Below are positions 1 to 10,619 of a DNA stretch of 64,000 bases, piece after piece (positions within the stretch are counted from its first letter, which is position 1; each line of letters starts with the position of its first letter). The translations under genes and the position numbers were made by a program. The stretch comes from Candidatus Tayloriibacteriota bacterium. Its GTDB lineage: Bacteria; Patescibacteriota; Minisyncoccia; Phycocordibacterales; SIBU01. The stretch is taken from positions 7,274 to 71,273 of the forward strand of contig SIBU01000002.1 of NCBI GenBank assembly GCA_009695005.1, read 5' to 3'. The notes beneath the pieces were generated by a model, which ran no database searches, was not told the DNA's origin, and saw only the letters and a program-made list of their open reading frames with translations.

Positions 1-798
1 AAAATTCAGTGCACCATAGGAATCCTTACTTTCAATTCAGAACGCACAATCAAGGAAACACTTGAGTCTGTTAAGAATTTTTCTGAAATTATTATTTGTG
101 ATGGCGGTAGTACCGACGAAACACTTAGTCTTGCTAGGGCCTATGGCGCGCGCATCATTGTGCAAGACCCGGAATATAAAAATCGAAATAATCAAATTGT
201 TGATTTTGCTGGAGTGAGAAATCAAATGCTCGCTGTTACAAATTGTCAGTGGTTTTTTTCTCTTGATTCAGATGAATTGATGACTCAAAAGCTTGAGATG
301 GAAATCGAGGTAGTTGTTTCCTCAAAACATCCGGCCACCACTTTTTGGGTGCCGAGAAAATATACTTTAAGTGGTGAAGTTGTGGATTGCGCCGCCACTT
401 ATCCTACAAAGCAGATGCGTTTCTTTCATCTCGGAGCGGTCAATGGTTTTATTAAAACTATTCATGAAAGAATTGAGGTTAAACAAGGATCGCCGGTTTC
501 TAGCTTGGAAAATTTTATGTTGGTTCCGATGAATCCGGACCCTCTTTTTCATAGGATGAAATGGAGTCATTACGTTGATTTGGAGCTGGTACGTAGACAA
601 AGAATTTCATTTTATGAATGGCTGTTGTTATGTTTGGAGAATTCCAAAATTTCTCTGCTTTTCATTTATCGATATGCGCGAAATTTATTTTTTTGCAAAG
701 GCAAGAAAATTCCTTGGAGTTTGGAGCGAGAGAGACATATTTATCATATAGATATGTGTAAGCGATTAGCACCGTTTAAAAAAAATAAAAATGGATAG
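1..798 (+). CDS. Glycosyltransferase family 2 (WaaE/KdtX-like), 5'-partial
   Basis: Frame is open from base 1 (KIQCTIGILTFNSERTI...IICDGGSTDETL). Motifs DFAGVRN, LDSDE and IHE. Confidence 0.85.
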   Translation, partial: KIQCTIGILTFNSERTIKETLESVKNFSEIIICDGGSTDETLSLARAYGARIIVQDPEYKNRNNQIVDFAGVRNQMLAVTNCQWFFSLDSDELMTQKLEMEIEVVVSSKHPATTFWVPRKYTLSGEVVDCAATYPTKQMRFFHLGAVNGFIKTIHERIEVKQGSPVSSLENFMLVPMNPDPLFHRMKWSHYVDLELVRRQRISFYEWLLLCLENSKISLLFIYRYARNLFFCKGKKIPWSLERERHIYHIDMCKRLAPFKKNKNG

Positions 799-2191
799 AA
801 ACTCGATTACACGTTATTTTGATGAGCAGGTCTCTTCCAGGGAGTACTGGAAAAAACGTAACTGGTATTATCATAAAGTTGTGGAAAATTTGGTAAGTTT
901 TCTTGTGCCACCTTCAGGTTCAGTTTTGGAGATTGGTTCTGGAGTTGGGGATTTACTTTCTGTTTTAAAGGCAAACCATTCGGTTGGAATTGATTTGAGT
1001 TCAAAAATGGTTGAGGTGGCGAAAAAGAAACATCCTGAGTGTGAATTTAGAGTGATGGACGCTGAAGAGATGGAATTTTCGGAAACTTTTGATTATATTG
1101 TTTTGTCAGATTTGTTGGGGCATTTGGCTGATGTAGAAAAAGTTTTTCATAATTTAAAAAAAGTAAGTCATTCTAAGACTCGGGTGATTATTACTTATTA
1201 CAATTACGCATGGGAGCCGATTTTGCGTTTGGCTGAGACTTTGGGTTTGAAAGCGAAGCAACCTCTTCAGCATTGGCTTTCTGAAAAGGATATTGAAAAT
1301 TTGCTTTATTTGGCTGGATTTGAAGTTGTTAAAAGAGATAAAAAAATGCTTCTACCTTTTTATATTCCTTGGGTGACAGCATTTACTAACCGAATTATCG
1401 CCAATTTGCCGTTAATCAATCGCTTGTGTCTTATTCAGTATTTTGTTGCTAGACCGATTGATCAGGGATCAAGAAGCTGTTCTGTTTCTGTAATCATTCC
1501 AGCCAGAAATGAAAAGGGAAACATTGAACAAGCTCTTCGACGTATGCCTTATCTGGGCACTGAATGCGAAATTATTTTTGTTGAAGGACATTCTACCGAC
1601 GCCACTTTTGAGGAGATTAATAGGGTCGCCAAGTTATTTGAAAAGAATTTCAAAATTTCCGTCTTGTCCCAGGAAGGTCGCGGAAAGGGGGACGCAGTAA
1701 GAAAAGGTTTTGCTAAAGCTTCGGGTGACATATTGATGATTCTTGATGCCGATTTGACCGTGCCACCGGAAGAATTGGGAAAATTTTACGAAGCGCTATG
1801 TTCAGGAAAATGTGACTTTGCTAACGGCTCAAGGTTGATTTATCCGATGGAGAAGGAGGCTATGAGATTTTTTAATGTGCTCGGTAATAAATTTTTTAGT
1901 TTAATGTTCAGTTGGCTGCTGGGTCAAAGAATTAAAGACACTCTTTGTGGCACTAAGGTTTTGTTCAGAGAGGATTATGAAAAAATTATTAAAGGCAGGG
2001 CATATTTTGGCGACTTCGATCCTTTTGGTGACTTCGATCTTTTATTCGGTGCGGCTAAATTGAATTTAAAAATAATGGAAATTCCTGTTCATTATAAAGC
2101 CAGAACTTATGGTACGACTCAAATTGAAAGATGGAAACATGGCTGGCTCCTTTTGAAGATGTGCGTTTTTGCTGCACGTAAATTAAAATAG
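791..2191 (+). CDS. SAM-methyltransferase-like domain fused to a GT2 (polyprenyl-phosphate glycosyltransferase-like) domain
   Basis: N-terminal VLEIGSGVG. C-terminal VSVIIPARNE, GKGDAVRKG, ILDADL, DTLCGTK, EIPVHY. Confidence 0.85.
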   Translation: MDRNSITRYFDEQVSSREYWKKRNWYYHKVVENLVSFLVPPSGSVLEIGSGVGDLLSVLKANHSVGIDLSSKMVEVAKKKHPECEFRVMDAEEMEFSETFDYIVLSDLLGHLADVEKVFHNLKKVSHSKTRVIITYYNYAWEPILRLAETLGLKAKQPLQHWLSEKDIENLLYLAGFEVVKRDKKMLLPFYIPWVTAFTNRIIANLPLINRLCLIQYFVARPIDQGSRSCSVSVIIPARNEKGNIEQALRRMPYLGTECEIIFVEGHSTDATFEEINRVAKLFEKNFKISVLSQEGRGKGDAVRKGFAKASGDILMILDADLTVPPEELGKFYEALCSGKCDFANGSRLIYPMEKEAMRFFNVLGNKFFSLMFSWLLGQRIKDTLCGTKVLFREDYEKIIKGRAYFGDFDPFGDFDLLFGAAKLNLKIMEIPVHYKARTYGTTQIERWKHGWLLLKMCVFAARKLK

Positions 2192-2199
2192 CTATTTAA

Positions 2200-3690
2200 A
2201 TGGAAAATTATTTTGATAAATTATATCTTTTCGGTAAAAGGTTTCCCTTGCGGAGTTTTTTTCTACTGTCTGGTTTTTTGTTTATGATTTTATTTTCTCT
2301 ATTTCATTTGACTACACAGCCGAGACTTTGGCTTGATGAAGCGAAGAATATTGAGATTGCCCAAAGTTTCAACACTTCCGGTAAATTTGATATGGAGCTT
2401 TCTTTGGGACATTTCAGTGAAGTACCCCATCTTTTGCAATCTACAGGTTATCCGGTAACTATTCCTTTGGCGTTGACGTTTAGAATTTTTGGTTTTGGTC
2501 TGGTTCAGGCGCGCTTATTTATGCTTGCCTGGATGATTGTCGCCATGTTGGTTTCCTTTATTCTTTTAAAAAAGATAATCGGTTTTCGGTCGGCAGTTTT
2601 TTCGATACTGTTGATTGTGACTTTTGCGTCATTTTATGACAACGGTCGGCCGATGATGGGGGAGATTCCAGGGTTTCTATTTTTAGTTTCAGGTTTGTAT
2701 TATTGGCTTTGCCGTCAATCCCCGTGGATAGCAGGAGGTTTTTTTAGTTTGGCTGTAGTTTCTAAACCGTCTGTATATCTTTTGATAATTCCAACATTGT
2801 TTTTTGTACTCATATTTAGAGGGCAGAGAATTAAGAATTTGATGGTGTTTTTTGCTTCGATGTTACCCGCAGCTCTAGGTTGGATTTTTTTGGTAATGAG
2901 TCAGCCGTTTTCAAAGTTGGCCTGGTTTCAAATTATAGATATGTATGGAAATCCGTATAACGCAATTCCTATAATGCAAAATATTCTAAATAACATTATT
3001 TCCATTCCGCGTACTTTGACAATTGTTTATTTCGGTATTTTTTTTATTTTACTACTGTTGGTTAGGATAGGATTTAGAAAGGAAAATTATAATTTGTCTT
3101 TGGTATATGATTTTGTATTGATTTATTCTCTGTTTGCTTTTTTATATTACCTCCGAAGTCCCGGATGGCTACGCTATACGATCGTGTCGGAACTTTTGAT
3201 TTTAGCTATTCTGCCGAATGCTTTAGAAATTATCCTTTTGTATTTTTCAAGGAAATTTAAAAACGCACGGATTTTTAAGGGAGAAATTGTTTGGTATGCG
3301 AGCCTTGTTTTTCTGGTTGTCTTTCAAATTTTTCATTTATTCAATGGCGCGAAAATTTATTTCTCGGATAGTGATATCATGACCGCTAAATACATAGAAG
3401 ATAAATATTTTATGGAAACTGTAGGTTATGTGGACGCGCTTAATTTGGCGATTTTTAAGGATCGTAAATTGAGATTTATGACGATCGAAGGATCGGTGGT
3501 GCCAATTTTAAAAAGTAATAATACTTTTAAAAATGTTTCCCTTTATTCTCTCGCTGTTCTTCCAGAAGTTTTGGTCCTCAAAAAAGATATCGTTACTTCT
3601 TTTGCAGACGCCAATGTTCTCAATGACAATTACAAGGTGGACACTGTTATGAACGGTTATGCTATTTACGTTAAGAGTAAGATTGAGTAG
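2200..3690 (+). CDS. ArnT/PMT-like (GT39/GT83, GT-C fold) membrane glycosyltransferase
   Basis: Multi-TM protein with WLDEA after TM1, GLVQARL, and SKP motif. Confidence 0.75.
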   Translation: MENYFDKLYLFGKRFPLRSFFLLSGFLFMILFSLFHLTTQPRLWLDEAKNIEIAQSFNTSGKFDMELSLGHFSEVPHLLQSTGYPVTIPLALTFRIFGFGLVQARLFMLAWMIVAMLVSFILLKKIIGFRSAVFSILLIVTFASFYDNGRPMMGEIPGFLFLVSGLYYWLCRQSPWIAGGFFSLAVVSKPSVYLLIIPTLFFVLIFRGQRIKNLMVFFASMLPAALGWIFLVMSQPFSKLAWFQIIDMYGNPYNAIPIMQNILNNIISIPRTLTIVYFGIFFILLLLVRIGFRKENYNLSLVYDFVLIYSLFAFLYYLRSPGWLRYTIVSELLILAILPNALEIILLYFSRKFKNARIFKGEIVWYASLVFLVVFQIFHLFNGAKIYFSDSDIMTAKYIEDKYFMETVGYVDALNLAIFKDRKLRFMTIEGSVVPILKSNNTFKNVSLYSLAVLPEVLVLKKDIVTSFADANVLNDNYKVDTVMNGYAIYVKSKIE

Positions 3691-5113
3691 GCTTTTCTGT
3701 CGGAGTACCAGAAGTTTGTTTTGGATTTTTTAAATCTTTAACCTCTTTGACTTGAAGCCAAATTGAGATAATTATAAAAAATTCCGAGAAAATATATTTT
3801 GATGAATCAAGGGCTTTGCAGAACGACGAAGGGGAAGCAAAATCTCTCCATCCTAAATACATACAATCTGGTACAAAGGCGAGTAGTAAAGCAACAACCA
3901 ATAAGACCCAGGGAATGGTTCGCATCCGATCTTTTGACCAAGGGTGTTGTCCGACAGCGAGAGTTGACAGTGGAATAATCCATACAGCATTCATTGTCCA
4001 GGTCAAAGGTCCAAAAAGCATTAAAATCATAAGAATTGAATACCAATAAAGAAATTCCTTTTCGCTTGAAAGTCCCAAGTTTTCGATTTGAATTTTTTTG
4101 AGAGCCATATATGCCACGGGCAAAAATAAAGCCAAAAGCATTATAGAGATCAGTGTGGGACTGATTTGCCATTCACTGTTTAGATCGTTTGCTCTCATTG
4201 CGATAAAACGTGCTAAAGAGGCGTTGGGAGCGAATGACAAGTGAATGCCTTTAAACCATTGACCGTCCTTTTCAAGGCCGTAAGTGCTCCCCGGATTGCG
4301 TTCATTGTAATATTTTTCAAAATAACTATCGGGCAGTTTCATTTCCGATGTTCCGGCTTCTCCGTATTTTGCAATTCTTGGAAATTCCTTGACGATATAA
4401 TCAGAAACTGAACTTGGTCCGAGAAGAAGTGCTGTTAGAACGACAATCGTTACTCCTCCAAAAAAATATCCCGCTAGTATTTTCCACTGCTTTCTTAAAA
4501 TAAAAAAGATAGCTACGAAGCCTATGTGTAATTTAACCAACGTTGCGAAGGTCCATATAAAACCGGAAACAATTTCTTTTCGGCTTTTTCCAACCGCTAA
4601 GGCTATGGCCGAGATCGCAAGTAGGAGGGTCAGGTTATCGATCTGTCCGCGTTCCAGAGAAGTTAAAAGCGGAAAAAACCAGGAAGTGTAAATTCCAACT
4701 ATGAGATATTGCCAAAAATTTAATTTAAGTTTGAGAGATCGTATGGTGATAAAAATCGAAACTAACAAGCAAGTTAGAGAAAAGTACATCCAAAAAAACT
4801 TTGCAATTCCGTAAGTCATAAACGACGCTATCAGTTCGAAAGGTATTGCGGCTAGAGGAGGGTATAGATATCTGCTGTGAACGTAACGATCAAGACCGTC
4901 CCATATCGGTGGATTGGCGATTATGCCGTTTTTATATAGTGGAAAATCAAAAAGTAAATTTTGGCCGGTAGTGTAGTAAACCGAAAAATCCACTTGAACA
5001 CTGTCTTTTCCGAAGATGGCTATTTTTTCCTGTAATCTTATGATGGAAAATAATAAAAATATGCAAAGACTAATTTCGCAGATAATTTTTATTAATTTAG
5101 TGTTTGTTTTCAT
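3671..5113 (-). CDS. GT87/DUF2029-family membrane glycosyltransferase
   Basis: VDFSVYY, YLYPPL, LERGQID, TLVKLH, NASL. ATG at 5113 preferred over TTG at 5176. Confidence 0.8.
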   Translation of the reverse strand: MKTNTKLIKIICEISLCIFLLFSIIRLQEKIAIFGKDSVQVDFSVYYTTGQNLLFDFPLYKNGIIANPPIWDGLDRYVHSRYLYPPLAAIPFELIASFMTYGIAKFFWMYFSLTCLLVSIFITIRSLKLKLNFWQYLIVGIYTSWFFPLLTSLERGQIDNLTLLLAISAIALAVGKSRKEIVSGFIWTFATLVKLHIGFVAIFFILRKQWKILAGYFFGGVTIVVLTALLLGPSSVSDYIVKEFPRIAKYGEAGTSEMKLPDSYFEKYYNERNPGSTYGLEKDGQWFKGIHLSFAPNASLARFIAMRANDLNSEWQISPTLISIMLLALFLPVAYMALKKIQIENLGLSSEKEFLYWYSILMILMLFGPLTWTMNAVWIIPLSTLAVGQHPWSKDRMRTIPWVLLVVALLLAFVPDCMYLGWRDFASPSSFCKALDSSKYIFSEFFIIISIWLQVKEVKDLKNPKQTSGTPTEKPTQSYS

Positions 5114-5327
5114 AAAACTATTTTTGTGACCAAAATCTGTCACCAAGTGCAAAAAGGGTTTTTCTGTATTGTTCAACTTGCTTTCCTTTCATTACTCTGT
5201 CGTTTTACTCGGTCTCACTTATTGCTGGGTTGTAAGAATAATCGAATGGTACTGAAGAAATCCTTGAACCGTACACTCTCTTTTGTTTCTTCTAGGTCGA
5301 TCGATTCCATGGATTATTCATTTAAAT

Positions 5328-6218
5328 TTATTTGTAACGAGATAAAAGATAATTTTCTAAGGATTTTTTCCAGGAAATTGTTTCTAAATTGTCAGAGTGC
5401 GCAAGGACAGTGCAAGTCGGACGTTTAACAGAGTGGGTTTTTTTGAATGAACATTTTTTTATGAGTGAAGTGTCGAGCTTAAGAATTTTTGCGACTTCCT
5501 TTGCAATGTCGTATTTAGTTACACCTTGTTCTTTTTTTGAGGCGCCGATTTGATAGATTTTTGTCGTATTAGGTTTTTTTTCAGATATAAGTTTAAGGGC
5601 TACATTGACTATATCTTTTGTCCAAACAGGAATATTGAATTGGTCATTTATCGCTTCGAGTAATTGATTTTGCTTAAGTGTTTTGACAACCATATCGATA
5701 AAAGTGTCACGACCGTCTCCATACAACCAACCGGCGCGTAAAATATAAAAATTCTCTGAAAAGTTTTTTCCGATTTGCTGAACGATTTGTTCCCCACCAC
5801 ATTTTGACCAACCGTAGACGTTTACAGGTGTAGGTAAATCATTTTCCACATACTTTTTCTTACTTCCACCGAAAATGTCGGAAGTACTGATTTGAATAAG
5901 TTTTGTGTCGGTAAGGTTGGATTCCTTGATTACCTCCGCGATGATCCCAGCTCCAATGGTATTGACGTTCCATGCGGTAAGCGGGTTTTTTTCACAGAAA
6001 TCTACATTTACCACAACCGCACAGTTTACTACGGCGTTGGGGCGATTTTCTGAAATTATTTTAGTGACTACTGTTTTGTCAGTTATGTCAGCGGATTCTT
6101 TGGAGTAAGCAATAATTTCCAAACCATTAGGTTTTCCAGATAAAGAAGCGAATTCTTTTCCAAGTAAACCATTTGAACCAAAGACAACAATTTTATTGTT
6201 AGTTTTTCTTGTAGTCAT
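5328..6218 (-). CDS. rmlD: dTDP-4-dehydrorhamnose reductase family (RmlD-like)
   Basis: GSNGLLG, VDFCE, ISTSDIF, PVNVYGWSK, DQFNIP. Confidence 0.8.
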   Translation of the reverse strand: MTTRKTNNKIVVFGSNGLLGKEFASLSGKPNGLEIIAYSKESADITDKTVVTKIISENRPNAVVNCAVVVNVDFCEKNPLTAWNVNTIGAGIIAEVIKESNLTDTKLIQISTSDIFGGSKKKYVENDLPTPVNVYGWSKCGGEQIVQQIGKNFSENFYILRAGWLYGDGRDTFIDMVVKTLKQNQLLEAINDQFNIPVWTKDIVNVALKLISEKKPNTTKIYQIGASKKEQGVTKYDIAKEVAKILKLDTSLIKKCSFKKTHSVKRPTCTVLAHSDNLETISWKKSLENYLLSRYK

Positions 6219-7389
6219 GGGAGAAGATGGATATTAGAATTTTTATATCTGAGTTCGACAGGTCGGGGTTATTTCCAAAATAAATTCCTTGTTCGTGGAT
6301 TAAAGAGGAAGTGGAATTTATAATTTGTGAACCTTTCATATATTTTTTAAAAAAAGGCTGTTTAGTCATGTCGCCACCAACTATTGGACGAATTTCCACT
6401 TTTTTATTGCAGGCTTCGATTATGGAGTCGCGGATTTCCTTTGTCTTGCAGATGATAGGGAAGGCGAAATTGGAAATAACATCTAAATGGTTAGATTGAA
6501 TTGGATAATATAAGTCAGTGCGTGTGTAGATTGCCTCAGCAAATTTTTTGAAATTACTTTCGCGTTTCTTGACGATAGTGTTTAAGTGGGAGAGTTGAGC
6601 GTTTCCAAGAAAGCCGGATATCTCGGTGGGCCTTAGGTTGTAACCTAGATCGTAAAATGTGTATTTTGCGTAAAGGGAGTCTGACACGCCAAATTCTTTT
6701 CTTATTTTTTTCTGTCCATCCTCTCCTAGGTTGCGGTCCCAGCCGTGGGCGCGGACAATTTTAAGCATTCGTGCTAACTTTGGATCGTCTGTGCAAACGG
6801 CGCCACCTTCAATTGTTGAGAGGTGGTGGGCAGCAAAAAAAGAAAAAGTGCTGGCAAGACCAAAGTTTCCAAGTTTTTTTCCTTTATAAACTGTACCAAG
6901 TGCCTCACAAGTATCCTCGAGAATCAAAATGTTCTTTTCTTTGCAGTAGGATTGAATTTTTTCCATATCGCCGCAAAAACCTAGAAGGTGAGTAATGAAA
7001 AGAACTCTGATAGGATTTTTTTCTGTTGCACTTTTGAAAGTTCTTGATGAAACGTTGAGGGTTTCGATTTCTACGTCAACAGGTATAGCCTTGAGACCAA
7101 GTTCAATAATCGGCATAACATTTGTCGCCCAAGTTAGTGCAGAAAAAGCTACTGAGTCTCCACGTTTTATAGTGCCAAGATTTAAAAGGGTTTGAAGAAT
7201 TGCTAGATTAGCAGAGCTTCCGCTGTTAAAAAAAACAGCATGCTTTCTGTTTTGCCATAATGCAAAAGAGTTTTCAAATTTTTCGCACTCCTTTCCGAAA
7301 CTTAGGGCGTCTGTTTTTTCTATGAAACGACAAAGTTTCTTTTTTGTGCCCTTTTCCTTGAAGAATACATTTTTGACAAGTGGTATCAT
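6199..7389 (-). CDS. colD: PLP-dependent DegT-family enzyme, ColD-like GDP-4-keto-6-deoxymannose 3-dehydratase
   Basis: NSGSSANL, EDTCEALG. SFFAAHHLSTIEGG has His where aminotransferases have Lys. RAHGWDRNL and GYNLRP are ColD-like. Confidence 0.65.
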   Translation of the reverse strand: MIPLVKNVFFKEKGTKKKLCRFIEKTDALSFGKECEKFENSFALWQNRKHAVFFNSGSSANLAILQTLLNLGTIKRGDSVAFSALTWATNVMPIIELGLKAIPVDVEIETLNVSSRTFKSATEKNPIRVLFITHLLGFCGDMEKIQSYCKEKNILILEDTCEALGTVYKGKKLGNFGLASTFSFFAAHHLSTIEGGAVCTDDPKLARMLKIVRAHGWDRNLGEDGQKKIRKEFGVSDSLYAKYTFYDLGYNLRPTEISGFLGNAQLSHLNTIVKKRESNFKKFAEAIYTRTDLYYPIQSNHLDVISNFAFPIICKTKEIRDSIIEACNKKVEIRPIVGGDMTKQPFFKKYMKGSQIINSTSSLIHEQGIYFGNNPDLSNSDIKILISIFSHDYKKN

Positions 7390-7462
7390 ATTTTGGCTGA
7401 TTTTAGGGGTCAATTGTTGCCTAATGCTAATGGATGGTGGCCGTGATATTATACCTTACACT

Positions 7463-8188
7463 ATGAAAGAGATATCTTCAAATGGGACGGAGTTGTCTGT
7501 AGTTTTGCCTACTTACAACGAAAGAGAAAATCTTGCGGTGCTAATTCCGGAAGTTGAAAAGGCTTTTGGTCATTTGGTGTTGGAAATTATTGTGGTTGAT
7601 GATGGTTCCATGGACGGGACAAAAGAATTGTTGTCAGAGTTAAATGTGACTTTTGGTAATATTAAGCCGATATACAGAAAATCTTTGGGGGGAATTGGCT
7701 CTGCCTTACGGGATGGTTACAACAATGCTTCTGGAGAATTTATTCTTTCTTCCGACGCCGATATGTCTTTCCCCGTAGGCGACATGGTGAAGCTCTATCA
7801 AAAAATTAAGGAAGGGTATGATTTTGTTACGGGATACCGTCACGGAGGAGAAGGTTATTACGAAAAAAGAACTGCCTCTGTGAAAATTAAATATATTATC
7901 AGTCGATTTGGCAATGTAGTGGTAAGAAAGCTTAGTGGAATTAAAGTTCGTGATTTTTCGGCTAATTTCAGGGTTATTCGTCGCGTAAAATGGCTGGAAC
8001 TTAAAACTAAGGAGAATACAAACAGTTTGCTTTTTGAAATGATAGTCAAAGCCACTCAAAAGGGATTTCTTATTACGGAAATACCCGTTCATTTTCATGA
8101 AAGAAGATTTGGAACATCAAAACTGAATCTTTGGAAGGAAGCTCCTAAATTTTTGATTAAGGCTTTAAAGTATGTGTTTTTTAAGTAA
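7463..8188 (+). CDS. Polyprenyl-phosphate glycosyltransferase (DPM1-like GT2)
   Basis: LSVVLPTYNERENL, VDDGSMDGT, DADMS, ERRFGTSK. ATG at 7463 avoids overlap with the divergent gene. Confidence 0.85.
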   Translation: MKEISSNGTELSVVLPTYNERENLAVLIPEVEKAFGHLVLEIIVVDDGSMDGTKELLSELNVTFGNIKPIYRKSLGGIGSALRDGYNNASGEFILSSDADMSFPVGDMVKLYQKIKEGYDFVTGYRHGGEGYYEKRTASVKIKYIISRFGNVVVRKLSGIKVRDFSANFRVIRRVKWLELKTKENTNSLLFEMIVKATQKGFLITEIPVHFHERRFGTSKLNLWKEAPKFLIKALKYVFFK

Positions 8189-8221
8189 AAGGTTTGTAAA
8201 CTGCCAAGACAGTTATGAAAG

Positions 8222-9289
8222 ATGAATTTAGAAAATAAGACAATCTGCTATTTTGGTTTTTATCGACCTACCGCCCCTAGGGACAAGGTGTATTTTGATG
8301 GCCTGAAGGAAAGGGGATATAAAGTAATTGAGTGTGTAGATAATTCACCGGGTCTTTTGAAATTTTTTAGATTGGCAAAAAAACTTCGATCACTTAAAGG
8401 CGAATACGATTTTTTGTGGGCAGGGTATTTAAGTGGAAGAGTTGTATCAGTTGCGTGGTTATTTTCTCAGAAGAAAATTTTTTGGAACGTTTTAAATTCT
8501 CAGTATGAAAGAGTGATATTGGACAGAGGAATGCATTCCAAATTTTCTTTAAGAGCCTGGATTTTTTGGTGGATAGATTTTTTTTCCTTTCATCTGTCGG
8601 ATGTATCTTTGGTGGAAACGGAAAGTCAGAAAGGCTACTTGGTCAAAGAGTTTAAAATTAATCCAAAAAAACTTGTTGTTGTTTTTACGGGCGCTGACCC
8701 TGACGTTTTTTATCCGGATCCAGAAGTGGCAAAACGAGAAAATTTTACCGTCATGTTTCGTGGCATGTTTCTGCCGGAAACTGGTGTGGAGTATATTTTG
8801 GAGGCGGCGAAACTTCTTCAAAAAGAGTCGATTGATTTTGTTGTGATGGGCTGGGGGGCGTCTTTGCTAAAAATCGAAAGTCTTTTGAAAAGTTACAATC
8901 TTCCTCGGGTCACTCTTAAGACAGAGTTTCTTCCGCCGAAAGTTTTACGAGAACTTATTCTTTCTTGTCACGTAATGCTTGGGCAGTTTGGTAATCATCC
9001 TCATCTTGATCACACTATTCAAAATAAAACTTTTGAGGCCCTTGCGCTTGGTATGCCATATATTACGAGAGATTCAAGAAGTAATCGTGAACTTTTGGTG
9101 GACGGAGAGAATTGCGTTTTTGTGCCACCCGCTGACCCTCATTCCATCGCCAATGCTATTCTTGATCTTAAAAACAGAGAAGATTTTCGGAATAAAATTG
9201 GGTTAAGCGCGAGAACGACTTACTGCGAAAAAGCTTCACCTGAAGTTTTGGCAGAGCAAATTGTCGAAATTATTCAAAGTGCAGTATAA
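8222..9289 (+). CDS. Glycosyltransferase family 4
   Basis: GVEYILEAA, NKTFEALALGMPYIT, VPPADPHSIANAI. Confidence 0.85.
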   Translation: MNLENKTICYFGFYRPTAPRDKVYFDGLKERGYKVIECVDNSPGLLKFFRLAKKLRSLKGEYDFLWAGYLSGRVVSVAWLFSQKKIFWNVLNSQYERVILDRGMHSKFSLRAWIFWWIDFFSFHLSDVSLVETESQKGYLVKEFKINPKKLVVVFTGADPDVFYPDPEVAKRENFTVMFRGMFLPETGVEYILEAAKLLQKESIDFVVMGWGASLLKIESLLKSYNLPRVTLKTEFLPPKVLRELILSCHVMLGQFGNHPHLDHTIQNKTFEALALGMPYITRDSRSNRELLVDGENCVFVPPADPHSIANAILDLKNREDFRNKIGLSARTTYCEKASPEVLAEQIVEIIQSAV

Positions 9290-9434
9290 AGCCAGATATT
9301 ACGCGTAATTGATTATCTCGCGGGTCGTACGGATGACTCTTCTAAGGAAAGTTTGAAAACCCTAGGCTTTAAAATCCCATTTGTGGTGAAGCCTTTAGTT
9401 GCATCCATCCGGGCTAACTACTAAACGAGCATTT

Positions 9435-9590
9435 TTAAGCTGACAAAAGCAAGCTGTGGGTACCAACAATATTTGTTTCAACAAAAAACTCGGTTTTTCT
9501 ATTCAAAAATCTATTGGGATCTCCGCGACGAAATGAATGATGTGTGTAGGGTGAAAGACGAAAAATGTTTTTTAAGGTTTTCTATGTCTC
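9435..9590 (-). pseudogene. rmlB: Decayed fragment of a dTDP-glucose 4,6-dehydratase (rmlB)
   Basis: Manual translation HPTHIIHFVAEIPIDF*IEKPSF/(frameshift)FVETNIVGTHSLLLSA* aligns with [39 protein letters not shown] of the intact RmlB at 19567-20556. Confidence 0.75.
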
Positions 9591-9638
9591 TTTTATATTT
9601 GGTTAAGTAAGATCAAATATAATTTTTTTCTGCACATG

Positions 9639-10613
9639 TTATTCGTAATTTATTGTTTCAACCCTTCCTGATTTAGATGATTTTATAATCGCATCTAGTA
9701 TGATTGCTTGGTCGAGGAAGGCTTTGTTGTATTGAAGGTAAGACTCGGGTTTAATTTTTGCATAATGGTTAAACATTTCTAGAAAAGAATCGGAAGATTC
9801 TACTGGAATATCTTTGGCAATGTTGCGCGATCTGTAAAGGATGTTATTAGTGTAATCTTTCGGCGCCGTAAACGCTCGGTCCAAAGACAAATAAAAACCA
9901 GAACCCCACAGGTCTAAATTATTTCTATATTCCAGGTCAAAACCGATATCACCTTGTAAAGTTTTGCTTTCTCCGAAATCAATTGTAACCGCGGCTAGCA
10001 TCGGGATACCACTCTGTTTATTGATACTTACCGAACAGTACACCTTTTTCGGTCTACTGTTGAAATAATACTGACCAACCGAAACTAAGTAGGGGCCTAA
10101 GTCAAAGAGACAGCCTCCTCCAAGTTTTTTGTCGTTGCGGTAGTTATTTTTTTCTAGTGGAGGAAATCCAAATTGAACACTAATTTTATTCAGTGAAGAA
10201 GTTTGAGATTCTAATATAATTTTCAACTTTTGATGCTGGCTGTGATAAAGGTAGGGGATTGACTCAAAAATCAATAATTGATTATTTGCCAATTGGTAGC
10301 ATTTTTTCGCTTCTTTTTTTGAGAGTACTGCAGGCTTATCCACGATAATATTTAATTTTCTTTTCAAGCAGTAATCAATCAATTTGTAGTGTGATGAATT
10401 TTGCGTGGAAATATAAACGGTGTCACAGCCACTTTTCTCGATCGCTCTCTCATAATTATCAAAAATAGGTAGGTCGGAGTTGATTTTCGAAGCCTTGGTT
10501 TGTGAAGCGATGCCTACTAAGGTCACTTTTTTATGATTTTTTATAGCAGGAATTATTGCCTTTTGGGCAATAGCTGAATATCCAATGAGTAGAATTTTAT
10601 TTTTTTTTATCAT
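9639..10613 (-). CDS. Gfo/Idh/MocA oxidoreductase, NDP-hexose 3-ketoreductase-like
   Basis: IGYSAIAQKAIIPAI, VDKP, FGFPPL..YR...LGGGCLFDLGPY, YRNNLDLWGS..LDRAFTAP. Adjacent to the 2,3-dehydratase. Confidence 0.75.
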   Translation of the reverse strand: MIKKNKILLIGYSAIAQKAIIPAIKNHKKVTLVGIASQTKASKINSDLPIFDNYERAIEKSGCDTVYISTQNSSHYKLIDYCLKRKLNIIVDKPAVLSKKEAKKCYQLANNQLLIFESIPYLYHSQHQKLKIILESQTSSLNKISVQFGFPPLEKNNYRNDKKLGGGCLFDLGPYLVSVGQYYFNSRPKKVYCSVSINKQSGIPMLAAVTIDFGESKTLQGDIGFDLEYRNNLDLWGSGFYLSLDRAFTAPKDYTNNILYRSRNIAKDIPVESSDSFLEMFNHYAKIKPESYLQYNKAFLDQAIILDAIIKSSKSGRVETINYE

Positions 10614-10619
10614 TTAGCG

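Noticed and set aside
5126-5428. 100-aa plus-strand ORF and the many other 60-180 aa antisense or nested ORFs
   Set aside because: They overlap well-supported genes and have no motifs, so they are treated as shadow ORFs.
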